Source: Vicinamibacterales bacterium (GTDB lineage Bacteria; Acidobacteriota; Vicinamibacteria; Vicinamibacterales; UBA2999). Taken from it: a stretch of DNA of 64,000 bases. Shown one piece after another: positions 32,409 to 40,556 of this stretch. Under the pieces are notes generated by a model that saw only the letters and a list, made by a program, of their open reading frames with translations, was not told the DNA's origin and ran no database searches. The stretch is from assembly GCA_050185275.1 (NCBI GenBank), contig JBFWZN010000005.1:202507-266506 (forward strand). Direction: 5' to 3'. Positions within the stretch are counted from its first letter, which is position 1, and each line of letters opens with the position of its first letter. The position numbers and the translations under genes are program-made.

Positions 32409-33046
32409 ACGCCCCTCACGTCGGCGCCCCAGATGTACTTGTGCAGCTGCAGCTGAACGCGCACCGCGAGGCGGTCGGCAAGGACCCACTCCGACAGCAC
32501 ACGCGGGTCGAGGCCGCCGTGCACCGGCGACAGATGCACCGCCGCCGCCCGTTCCAGCAGCCGGTACCGGGCTATCACGTCCGCCGCGTAGTCGTAGTCC
32601 TGTCGATCGGCCACGACGAACTTCACCTCGTCGTGCGGTCGCAGGCGCTCGAGGTTGGACCAGTCCTGCCGTTCCGCCTCGCCACTGCCCGGGCACTTGA
32701 CGTCGAGCACGACGACGACCGGCGCCGGCACCTGGCCGGTGCCCCGGTGGCCGCCGGTCTCGAGCAGGACCGTGTGTCCCCGGGCGAGGAGGGCCTCCAT
32801 CAGCGGGTAGACATCGGCCTGCAGGAGGGGCTCGCCCCCGGTGATCTCGACGAGCGGGCATCCCGTCGCCTCGACTTCGCGGACGACGTCGTCCACCGTC
32901 CGGCGGACGCCCTCGTGAAAGGCGTAGGGCGTATCGCACCAGCGACACCGGAGGTCGCAGCCCGAGAGCCGGACGAAGACACAGGGGCGGCCGGCATGGC
33001 TCGACTCGCCCTGAATCGAATGGAAGATCTCGTTGACGGTCAGCAA
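32405..33046 (-). CDS. queE: 7-carboxy-7-deazaguanine synthase (radical SAM)
   Basis: [31 protein letters not shown]; GTGA overlap with queC. Confidence 0.94.
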   Translation of the reverse strand: MLTVNEIFHSIQGESSHAGRPCVFVRLSGCDLRCRWCDTPYAFHEGVRRTVDDVVREVEATGCPLVEITGGEPLLQADVYPLMEALLARGHTVLLETGGHRGTGQVPAPVVVVLDVKCPGSGEAERQDWSNLERLRPHDEVKFVVADRQDYDYAADVIARYRLLERAAAVHLSPVHGGLDPRVLSEWVLADRLAVRVQLQLHKYIWGADVRGV

Positions 33047-33081
33047 ACTCCCCTATTATCGACGAGAAGGGAGAATGGCCG

Positions 33082-34059
33082 ATGCGCACGCTCCGGATCG
33101 GCACCTCGGGCTGGAACTACCCGACCGGCCGAGGCACCTGGAACGGCCTGTTCTACCCGCCCACCCGGTCGAAGCGGGACGGCACGCGCGGTTTCGACGA
33201 ACTCGCCTACTACGCGCAGCACTTTGACACCGTGGAAGTGAACGCCACGTTCTACGGCCAGCCCCAGCCGGAGGTGACCCGCGGCTGGGCGATGCGCACG
33301 CCGCCCGGATTCGAATTCAGCGTGAAGCTGTACCAGAAGTTCACGCACCCGAAGATGTTCCGCGACGCGGCGCTGCGACGGGCTCCCGGCAACGAGGGGG
33401 CGCTGCTCGAACTCCTGGCCCAGGTGACGCCCTCCGACATCGACGAGTTCAGGGCCGGCATTGCGCCGCTCGCGGAGGCCGGGAAGCTCGGGCCGGTGCT
33501 GGCGCAGTTTCCGCCCAGCTTCCACAGCCAGCAGGTCTCGCGCGACTATCTCGCGGCCCTGCTGGGAGCGCTGCACGACTACCCCGTGGCCGTGGAGCTG
33601 CGTCACCGGAGCTGGAGCGACGACATGCCGGGGACGCTGGCGCTGCTCGGCAGCCACGGCGCGGCGCTCGTCCAGATCGACGAGCCGAGGTTCCGGTTCT
33701 CCATCCGCCAGAATCAGTTGCCGAACGTGACGTCCTTCCACTACATGCGGCTGCACGGCCGCAATGCGGCCCAGTGGTGGACGCACGACAAGGCCGAGGA
33801 CCGGTACAACTACCTCTACTCGGCGGACGAACTGCAGGAGTTTGCCGACGTGGCGGGGGCGGCGAAGGCCCTCGTGAAGAAGGCGTACCTGTACACGAAC
33901 AACCACTTCGCGTCCAAGTCGGTGGTCAACGCCCTGATGCTCAAAGCGCAGCTGGGCGAGCCGATCGAAGGCGCCTACCCCGCCGCGCTCGTGGAGCGGT
34001 ATCCGGAGATTGCCGGGCTGGTGGTCACCGAGCCGGTTCGCGCACGGTCACCCGCCTGA
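33082..34059 (+). CDS. DUF72 (YecE-like) protein
   Basis: [41 protein letters not shown]. Confidence 0.9.
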   Translation: MRTLRIGTSGWNYPTGRGTWNGLFYPPTRSKRDGTRGFDELAYYAQHFDTVEVNATFYGQPQPEVTRGWAMRTPPGFEFSVKLYQKFTHPKMFRDAALRRAPGNEGALLELLAQVTPSDIDEFRAGIAPLAEAGKLGPVLAQFPPSFHSQQVSRDYLAALLGALHDYPVAVELRHRSWSDDMPGTLALLGSHGAALVQIDEPRFRFSIRQNQLPNVTSFHYMRLHGRNAAQWWTHDKAEDRYNYLYSADELQEFADVAGAAKALVKKAYLYTNNHFASKSVVNALMLKAQLGEPIEGAYPAALVERYPEIAGLVVTEPVRARSPA

Positions 34060-34615
34060 TCACGTCCGTCTCCTCGAGCATCCGCACGACGTCGAGGCCA
34101 CTCGTCACCTGGCCGAACACGGTGTAATCGCCGTCGAGTCGCGGCGCGGGCGCCAGCATGATGTACATCTGGCTGTCTCCCTGCTTCACGTCGCCGGGAT
34201 GCGCCATCGCCACCGCCCCCAGCTTGTGGGTGCGCAGCTTGCTGAACTCGCCCACGCCAATCGGGCGCCCGCTGCCGGCGCCCAGGCCGCGTCCCCAGAG
34301 ATCCCGCTTGGTCATGTCGCGCGTCTGCGGATCCCCGAACTGCACCACGAACCCCTTTTCCACCCGGTGCACGCGGAGACCGTTGTAGAAGCGGCGGTTG
34401 GCGAGCGTCGTGATGTGGGCGACGGTCTTCGGGGCTTCGTTCGGGTACAGCTCGATCTCGAACGTGCCCTTGACCGTCTCCACGACGAGCACCGGCCCCG
34501 CCGGGCCTGCGGCACGGGCGGCCTGGCCGGCGCGGGCCTGAGCCTCGAGCGCCGCTGGTGCGCCTGCCAGGAGCAGCGCGGCGAGCACGACCGCCATCCG
34601 GAACGTACGCCTCAT
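34025..34615 (-). CDS. Exported cyclophilin-type peptidyl-prolyl isomerase
   Basis: APKTV, FYNG, HRV..GFVVQFGDP, AMA, YTVFGQV; signal peptide. Confidence 0.9.
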   Translation of the reverse strand: MRRTFRMAVVLAALLLAGAPAALEAQARAGQAARAAGPAGPVLVVETVKGTFEIELYPNEAPKTVAHITTLANRRFYNGLRVHRVEKGFVVQFGDPQTRDMTKRDLWGRGLGAGSGRPIGVGEFSKLRTHKLGAVAMAHPGDVKQGDSQMYIMLAPAPRLDGDYTVFGQVTSGLDVVRMLEETDVIRRVTVREPAR

Positions 34616-35406
34616 CGTGCGTCCTCCTGCCGCGCGCGTGGCGCAGCGGTTCTGGGCCTGCCGACCCGGGTGACCCCAATTCTTGGACAATCCCGTGCCA
34701 CGGCGCAATCCCCGCACCGCGGATGCACGGGCCGGCACACGTGCTGTCCCCACGTCACGAGGTACAGGTTCACGTTGGCCCACCAGCGACGGTCGATGGC
34801 CCGGTAGAGCGCCTGCTCGGTCTCCTCTGGCGTCCGGGTCCGCACCCAGCCGAGGCGGTTGGCGATGCGGTGCACGTGTGTGTCCACACAGATGTGGTTG
34901 GCGCTGCGGAAGGCGAGGATCATCACGAGGTTGGCCGTCTTGCGGCCGACGCCCGGCAGCGTGACCATGTCCTCGAGCGTATCGGGCACGGTGCCGCCGA
35001 ACCGCTCGACGAGCGCGTCGCAGCAGTCCTTCACGTAGCGCGCCTTGTTGCGGTAGAAGCTCACCGGGTAGATGAGCGCCTCGATCTCCTTCACGCTCAG
35101 ACGACTCATGGCACGTGGGGTCCGCGCGCGACGGAACAGGCGCAGCGAGGCGGCGTGCGTCGTGGCGTCCTGGGTGCGCGCCGACAGCAGCGTGGCAATG
35201 AGGACCTGAAACGGATCCTCGGCCTGGGCGTCCGAGATCTTCTCGATCGCGGGCAGCTCGAGACCTTCGATCTTCCGGGCCAGCGTCGTCAGCACGCGCC
35301 TGACGAGAGGGGCGGGCGGACGCCGCGGCGAGGAGGAGGAGGCGGGCGATGAAGCGGACGACGAGCCCGTGGCAGCCGATAGCCGCGTGCGTCCGCTCGT
35401 GGTCAT
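34612..35406 (-). CDS. nth: Endonuclease III
   Basis: LLSARTQD, LPGVGRKTAN, VDTHV, C-x6-C-x2-C-x5-C Fe-S motif. Confidence 0.92.
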   Translation of the reverse strand: MTTSGRTRLSAATGSSSASSPASSSSPRRPPAPLVRRVLTTLARKIEGLELPAIEKISDAQAEDPFQVLIATLLSARTQDATTHAASLRLFRRARTPRAMSRLSVKEIEALIYPVSFYRNKARYVKDCCDALVERFGGTVPDTLEDMVTLPGVGRKTANLVMILAFRSANHICVDTHVHRIANRLGWVRTRTPEETEQALYRAIDRRWWANVNLYLVTWGQHVCRPVHPRCGDCAVARDCPRIGVTRVGRPRTAAPRARQEDAR

Positions 35407-36353
35407 GGCACGGGGGTGGGCGCGGGGGCGCCTCCCAGCACGGCCAGGACGTTGCGCACGGCGAGCTCCGACATGGCGGTGCGGGTCTCGACCGTCGCGC
35501 TGCCCAGGTGCGGCAGCACGAGCACGTTGTCGAGGGCCAGCAGGCCGGGTGTGACGGCCGGCTCGCGCTCGAACACATCGAGCGCGGCTCCCGCGATGAT
35601 GCCGCGTTCGAGCGCCCAGACGAGGGCCGCCTCGTCCACCACCGGGCCACGCGACGTGTTCACCAGATAGGCGCTCCGCTTCATGCGGGCGAGCGCCGTC
35701 TGGTCGATGAGATGCGTGGTCTCCGGCGTGAGCGGCACGTGCAGGGACACGACGTCCGAGGTGGCGAGCAGCCGCTCGAGCGGCAGGGAGACGCCTCCAG
35801 GCACCTCGCGACCGTCGCGCGCCGCGAACGCCACGCGCATGCCGAAGGCGGGCGCGACGGCAGCCACCGCCCGACCGATGCGCCCGGCGCCGACGATCCC
35901 GAGCTGGCGGCCGTGCACCTCCGTGCCGAGCAGCTGGTCGAAGGCCCAGCCCGTCCAGGCGCCCCGACGGACCAGCCGTTCGCCTTCGCCCATGCGTCGC
36001 GTGATCCCCAGGATGAGCGCCCAGGTGAGCGTGGCCGTCGCCCCGGTGAGGACATCGGGGGTATGGGTCACCACGATCCCCCGTGCCCTGGCCGCCGCCA
36101 CGTCGATGTTGTTGTAGCCGACGGCAACGGTGGACACGACGCGGAGCCGTGGCGCGGCATCGAGAAGCCGGCGGTCGATCTGATCGGTGAGCATGCAGAC
36201 GAGCCCGTCGTGCTTCGCGATGCGGGTACGCAGCGCGTCGGGGCTGAGCGTGCCGCCGGGCGGGCACTCGACGTCGCACTGCGCCTCGAGGGCGACCATC
36301 GCGGAGGATGGCAGGCGACGGGTGATCAGGACCGAGGGTCTCGAGGCGCTCAA
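35403..36353 (-). CDS. D-2-hydroxyacid dehydrogenase (glyoxylate/hydroxypyruvate reductase-like)
   Basis: VGYNNID, GAGRIG, SLHVPL, NTSRG, LDVFEREP, PHLGSAT; TTG start overlaps the upstream stop. Confidence 0.92.
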   Translation of the reverse strand: MSASRPSVLITRRLPSSAMVALEAQCDVECPPGGTLSPDALRTRIAKHDGLVCMLTDQIDRRLLDAAPRLRVVSTVAVGYNNIDVAAARARGIVVTHTPDVLTGATATLTWALILGITRRMGEGERLVRRGAWTGWAFDQLLGTEVHGRQLGIVGAGRIGRAVAAVAPAFGMRVAFAARDGREVPGGVSLPLERLLATSDVVSLHVPLTPETTHLIDQTALARMKRSAYLVNTSRGPVVDEAALVWALERGIIAGAALDVFEREPAVTPGLLALDNVLVLPHLGSATVETRTAMSELAVRNVLAVLGGAPAPTPVP

Positions 36354-36625
36354 TGTCCGTAGGCGGTGCAGAAACCGCAGTGGGTGCAGGGCACCTCGGG
36401 CTCGACGATGCACTCGCCGTCCCCGTCGGTGCCTGTGACGAGCGTGAGCGTGGCGTGGCTGACGTGTCCGGACACCGTCACCGTGGCCGACGCTGCCGCC
36501 GGCGCCATCGCCGCGCCGCGGGGCGACGGGGCGGCCGTCGCGAGGGGCGCATCGGGAGCCGCGTGCGCGCCCGAGCGCCTCGCGATGGCTTCCCGCACGA
36601 GCGCCCGCAACTGGTCGTCGTTCAC
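36350..36625 (-). CDS. Small protein with N-terminal encapsulation peptide and C-terminal 4-Cys motif (91 aa)
   Basis: MNDDQLRALVREAIARR amphipathic helix, Ala/Pro linker, CIVEPEVPCTHCGFCTAYGH; 4-nt overlaps at both ends. Confidence 0.75.
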   Translation of the reverse strand: MNDDQLRALVREAIARRSGAHAAPDAPLATAAPSPRGAAMAPAAASATVTVSGHVSHATLTLVTGTDGDGECIVEPEVPCTHCGFCTAYGH

Positions 36626-36990
36626 GATGGTCCTCGCGTCTCTGGGCGGGACGGCGTCCCGGCGGACCCCTCCGCCCCGGCGCGCACGCCGCTCCCGCGG
36701 CGCCCGACGCTGGTGTCGTCCTCGATCACGTCGAGTTCGTCCACGATGCCGATGACGGCGGCATCCACGGGCGCGCCCTTCCGGCCAAGCGCCTCGCCCG
36801 CAGCGCGGCCCTCGATGACGATGACCACGCGCTCGTGGACACCGGCGCCCACGGCGTCGACGGCCAGGAGGGGCACGCCCCGGGGCCGGTCGTCGAGCGT
36901 GACCGGCTGCACGAGCAGCAGCTTCGCGCCCTCGAACTTGGGGTGCTTGCGGGTGGCGACGACGGTGCCGACGACGCGCGCAATCTGCAT
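36622..36990 (-). CDS. BMC vertex protein (EutN/CcmL, BMC-P) with C-terminal extension
   Basis: MQIARVVGTVVATRK, AVDAVGAG, PVDAAVIGIVD. Confidence 0.93.
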   Translation of the reverse strand: MQIARVVGTVVATRKHPKFEGAKLLLVQPVTLDDRPRGVPLLAVDAVGAGVHERVVIVIEGRAAGEALGRKGAPVDAAVIGIVDELDVIEDDTSVGRRGSGVRAGAEGSAGTPSRPETRGPS

Positions 36991-37256
36991 CAGCCGAGGG
37001 ACCAGTGATCCACGATGCCCACGACGCCGGCGTCGGCCGGCACCTCCACGGGGGAGAACGGGAAGCTGGCTTCCTTGCCCCGCACGAAGAACACCACCTC
37101 ACCCACGCCGGCGCCCACGGCATCCACGGCCACCAGCGTGCGACCCACCGACGCCCCGCCCGCATCGATGGGCTGGAGCACGAGGAGTGTCACGCCGCCG
37201 AGCGCGGTGTTCTTGACGGTGGAGACGACGTCGCCGACGACCCTGGCGAGTTGCAC
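36990..37256 (-). CDS. BMC vertex protein (EutN/CcmL, BMC-P)
   Basis: ARVVGDVVSTVK, AVDAVGAGVGE, GKEA, DAGVVGIVD. Confidence 0.93.
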   Translation of the reverse strand: MQLARVVGDVVSTVKNTALGGVTLLVLQPIDAGGASVGRTLVAVDAVGAGVGEVVFFVRGKEASFPFSPVEVPADAGVVGIVDHWSLG

Positions 37257-37275
37257 GGGTATGGTCCGGAAGGGG

Positions 37276-37551
37276 TCAATCCCCGGCAGAGACCTCGACG
37301 GCGTCCACGATGCCCACGACGGCCGCGTCCACCGGACAATCCTTCAACCCCGACGCCATGCGCGCCGAGCTTCCGCTGACGATGAGCACCGTCTCGCCGA
37401 CGCCGGCATCGACGGTATCAACGGCCACCAGGTAGTTGCCCTCGCTCTTGCCGTGCGGATCGGTCGCCCGGGCCACCAGCAGCTTGTGGCTCACGAGCCG
37501 CGGATCCTTCCGCGTGGCGACGACGGTGCCGACGATGCGGGCAACGATCAT
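37276..37551 (-). CDS. BMC vertex protein (EutN/CcmL, BMC-P)
   Basis: VGTVVATRKD, AVDTVDAGVGE, GSSAR, PVDAAVVGIVD. Confidence 0.94.
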   Translation of the reverse strand: MIVARIVGTVVATRKDPRLVSHKLLVARATDPHGKSEGNYLVAVDTVDAGVGETVLIVSGSSARMASGLKDCPVDAAVVGIVDAVEVSAGD

Positions 37552-37566
37552 CCGGCCACCGGATGG

Positions 37567-37860
37567 CTACTTGCCGCCCGAGCCGGACTTGCCGATGGGA
37601 AGCGCGTCCTCGAGGTTGGCGTGCGGTCTCGGGATGACGTGCACCGATACCAGCTCGCCGACGCGGCGGGCGGCCGCGGCCCCTGCGTCGGTGGCCGCCT
37701 TCACCGCGGCGACGTCGCCGCGGACGATGGCCGTCACGTACCCGGCCCCGATCTTCTCCCAGCCGACCAGCGTGACCTTCGCGGCCTTCACCATGGCATC
37801 GGCCGCCTCGATCATGGCAACCAGGCCCTTGGTCTCGACCATTCCCAACGCCTCACCCAT
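37567..37860 (-). CDS. BMC hexameric shell protein (EutM/PduA-like, BMC-H)
   Basis: [40 protein letters not shown]. Confidence 0.97.
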   Translation of the reverse strand: MGEALGMVETKGLVAMIEAADAMVKAAKVTLVGWEKIGAGYVTAIVRGDVAAVKAATDAGAAAARRVGELVSVHVIPRPHANLEDALPIGKSGSGGK

Positions 37861-37889
37861 GCTGTCCTCGTCTCATCCTCGCGCCGTCG

Positions 37890-38747
37890 TCATCGGAGGT
37901 TCCTCACCGCATCCACGATGAGTTCCGTGAGTTCGCCGTATGTTAGCCGAATTTCCTCGTCCCTGCTCGAGCCCGCGGCACGGCCCGACGCATCGGGCAC
38001 GAGCCGCTCGGTGGCCGAGTGCGGAGCCTCGATCACCTGGCACTCTGCCTGGTCGGTGCTGTCGGCGGCCGCAGGGTCCGCGCACATCGGCGCGGGCGAC
38101 GCGATGCCGTACATGCCCCGCAGGCCCTGGAGCCGGCCCACTTCGTCCCTCGACAACAGATTCTCGCCGCCGAGGACCCGCGCCACGAGGCTGATGCGGG
38201 CGAAGTGCTCGATTGTCTCCATCTTGTAGTAGGCGGACATCACCGAGCGGCAGCAGGTGATGGCGCCGTGATTGGCCAGCAGGAGGCCGTCGTGGGCCTT
38301 GATGTACTGCCGGACGGCGGCCGGCAGTTCGGCCGTGGACGGGGTGCCGTATGCCGCGATGGGGATGCTGCCAAGGGTGGTGACGACCTCCGCCAGCACG
38401 GCGCGGGTGAGCGGGATGCCGGCCACGGCGAATCCGGTCGCCACCGGAGGGTGAGCGTGCACCACCGCGTTCACGTCGGGACGGTTCCGGTACACCTCCA
38501 GGTGCATCGGCAACTCCGTCGAGGCCTCCCGCTCGCCGGCGAGCTTGCGGCCCTCCAGGTCCACGACGACCATCATGTCGGGGGTCATGAACCCCTTCGA
38601 GACGCTGCGGGGCGTGGTGATGAACCGCGTCTCGTCGAGCCTGACGCTGATGTTGCCGTCGTTGGAGGCGACGTACGCCCGCTCATAGAGGCGACGGCCC
38701 ACCTCGACGATGTCGGCTCGGATCTGTTCTTCGGCGCGGGTGCTCAT
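37890..38747 (-). CDS. Class II aldolase (FucA-like) with C-terminal encapsulation peptide
   Basis: DGNISVR, TELPMH, VVHAHP, NHGA; ends LTYGELTELIVDAVRNLR. Confidence 0.9.
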   Translation of the reverse strand: MSTRAEEQIRADIVEVGRRLYERAYVASNDGNISVRLDETRFITTPRSVSKGFMTPDMMVVVDLEGRKLAGEREASTELPMHLEVYRNRPDVNAVVHAHPPVATGFAVAGIPLTRAVLAEVVTTLGSIPIAAYGTPSTAELPAAVRQYIKAHDGLLLANHGAITCCRSVMSAYYKMETIEHFARISLVARVLGGENLLSRDEVGRLQGLRGMYGIASPAPMCADPAAADSTDQAECQVIEAPHSATERLVPDASGRAAGSSRDEEIRLTYGELTELIVDAVRNLR

Positions 38748-38763
38748 GGTCGGCGTGGGCGGC

Positions 38764-39030
38764 TCAGGCCCTCTGCTGCTTCAGGAACTCGCTGCGACAG
38801 GTCTCGGAACAGAAATGGTGCGCACGCCCGTCCGCCACGACCTGCAGGGCGCTCGACGGCGCCACGTGGGTGCCGCACACCGGGTCCCGCACGAGTCTCA
38901 CGGCCTGCGGGGTGCGGCGGCTCGAGACCCTGGGCCGGCCGCCCGCGGCCTCGATGACACTGTCGATCACCCGCCAGAAGGCGCGGGCAATCAGGATGAG
39001 CAGGATGCCGAGCAGGACGTACCGCAGCAT
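38764..39030 (-). CDS. Membrane-anchored YHS/TRASH domain protein
   Basis: N-terminal hydrophobic helix; RDPVCG...HFCSETC. Confidence 0.85.
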   Translation of the reverse strand: MLRYVLLGILLILIARAFWRVIDSVIEAAGGRPRVSSRRTPQAVRLVRDPVCGTHVAPSSALQVVADGRAHHFCSETCRSEFLKQQRA

Positions 39031-39033
39031 CCC

Positions 39034-39645
39034 TCACGGCTCCTGGGTCGTCGGCGTGTCTCCAGCATGGGCCGCCGCCACGCCGTCGAGGGCGCGCTGT
39101 GCGGCCTGGCCCTCGGGCGACGTGGGGGCAATCTCGACGACCCGCTGCCACGACTGGGCGGCGGAGGTGAGGTCCTGCTTGCCGAAGGCCCGCACGATGC
39201 CCTGGTTGAGGAGCGTCTTCGTGTGGTTCGGATCGAGGCGCAGCGACTGCTCGAACTGCTGGAGCGCCTCGTCGGGCCTGTTGGTGTAGTAGTAGGCGAC
39301 GCCCAGGTCGGTGCTGGCGTTGACGTCGGTGGGATCGATCGCGAGGGCCTGCTCGTACCACGACACCGCTTCGTCGAAGCGTTCCGCATCGAAGTAGGCA
39401 TTGGCCAGCTGGACGCGGGCGCCTGCGTTGGCAGGATCGCTCTGCGCCACGGTCATGAGGGCCTGCACCCGGGCTTCGTCGAGGGGTGCCGGCCCCTGCT
39501 GCGCCGCGGCAGGGGCGGCCGCCGGGGCCTGGGCCAGGGCAGCTGGCGACGCAGACCCCGCGCCCTGCTGCACGGCACCCACCCAGCCGAGGATGATCCC
39601 GAAGAACATCCCGGCTACGGCAAAGGCAATCGACTCCGCTTTCAT
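39034..39645 (-). CDS. Membrane-anchored TPR protein
   Basis: N-terminal TM, Ala/Pro linker, TPR repeats (LANAYFD; LGVAYY; WQRVVEIAP). Confidence 0.85.
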   Translation of the reverse strand: MKAESIAFAVAGMFFGIILGWVGAVQQGAGSASPAALAQAPAAAPAAAQQGPAPLDEARVQALMTVAQSDPANAGARVQLANAYFDAERFDEAVSWYEQALAIDPTDVNASTDLGVAYYYTNRPDEALQQFEQSLRLDPNHTKTLLNQGIVRAFGKQDLTSAAQSWQRVVEIAPTSPEGQAAQRALDGVAAAHAGDTPTTQEP

Positions 39646-39653
39646 CGCCCTGG

Positions 39654-39682
39654 ATCTTATTGCAGACGGGGTCGGACGGGAA
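39654..39682 (-). promoter_or_regulatory. Putative promoter at the head of the BMC operon
   Basis: Minus strand TTCCCG-17 nt-TAAGAT, 8 nt before ATG 39645. Confidence 0.4.
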
Positions 39683-39760
39683 CCACCGGCCAGGAGCGGT
39701 CAGGTCTTCGGTGACGGGCGCGCACCGGGGAGCGGGCGCCCGGAGCGGGGGATCTCGCGC

Positions 39761-40498
39761 TCAGGGCCCCGACAACGCGTCGAGGAACGCCCGCACGCTG
39801 GCGGAAAGGCCCACGAAGAGGGCCCGGCTGATCAGGGCGTGGCCAATCGACACCTCGGCCAGGTGCGGCAACCGTCGAAAGACCGCGAGGTTGTCCACAT
39901 CGAGATCGTGCCCGGCGTTGATCGCCAGGCCCAGGCGATCGGCGCACTCGGCGGCCCGCGCATAGTCCGCGAAGGATGCCTCGGCGGCCTGGGGTCCGCG
40001 TTCGAAGGCGCGCGCAAACGGTTCGGTGTACAGCTCGACACGCTCCGCCCCGGTATCGGCCGCCCACCGGATGGCCGGCTCGACCGGGTCCACGAACAGG
40101 CTGACGCGGATGCCCACGGCGTGCAGCCGGCGGACCACGGCGGCCACACCGGCGCCGGACTCGGGTGTCCACCCGGCCTGACTCGTGATTTCTCCGGGCA
40201 GCACCGGCACGAGGGTGCACTGGTGGGGCACCACCTCCAGCACCAGATCCAGGAGATCCGGCCGCGGATCGCCTTCCACGTTGAACTCGACGGGATGCGC
40301 CCGGGTCGCCAGCAGGGCGGCGAGTTGCCGCACGTCCGACGGCGTGATGTGCCTGGCATCGGCCCGCGGGTGCACGGTGATGCCGTGGGCACCGGCATCC
40401 AGGCAGACGCGGGCCGCCTCGAGCACCGAGGGCATGGCGCCGCCCCGCGAGTTGCGAATGGTCGCCACCTTGTTGACGTTGACCGAGAGCGCAATCAT
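39761..40498 (-). CDS. pdxJ: Pyridoxine 5'-phosphate synthase
   Basis: LSVNVNKVATIRN, GITVHPR.D.RHI, ELYT, NAGHDL, EVSIGH. Confidence 0.94.
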   Translation of the reverse strand: MIALSVNVNKVATIRNSRGGAMPSVLEAARVCLDAGAHGITVHPRADARHITPSDVRQLAALLATRAHPVEFNVEGDPRPDLLDLVLEVVPHQCTLVPVLPGEITSQAGWTPESGAGVAAVVRRLHAVGIRVSLFVDPVEPAIRWAADTGAERVELYTEPFARAFERGPQAAEASFADYARAAECADRLGLAINAGHDLDVDNLAVFRRLPHLAEVSIGHALISRALFVGLSASVRAFLDALSGP

Positions 40499-40556
40499 GG
40501 GCGCCGTCCGCGCGTCACCCGACCCCGACCGCGTGGCCGATGCAGGCACCGCACCG

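Noticed and set aside
31719-33060. preQ1 riboswitch, or a dpd-type DNA 7-deazaguanine modification system
   Set aside because: No recognisable preQ1 motif in the 35-nt gap before queE and no dpdA/tgt paralog; queA supports ordinary tRNA queuosine synthesis
35403-38747. Carboxysome, or PDU/EUT/GRM metabolosome
   Set aside because: No RuBisCO, carbonic anhydrase, B12 enzyme or glycyl-radical enzyme present
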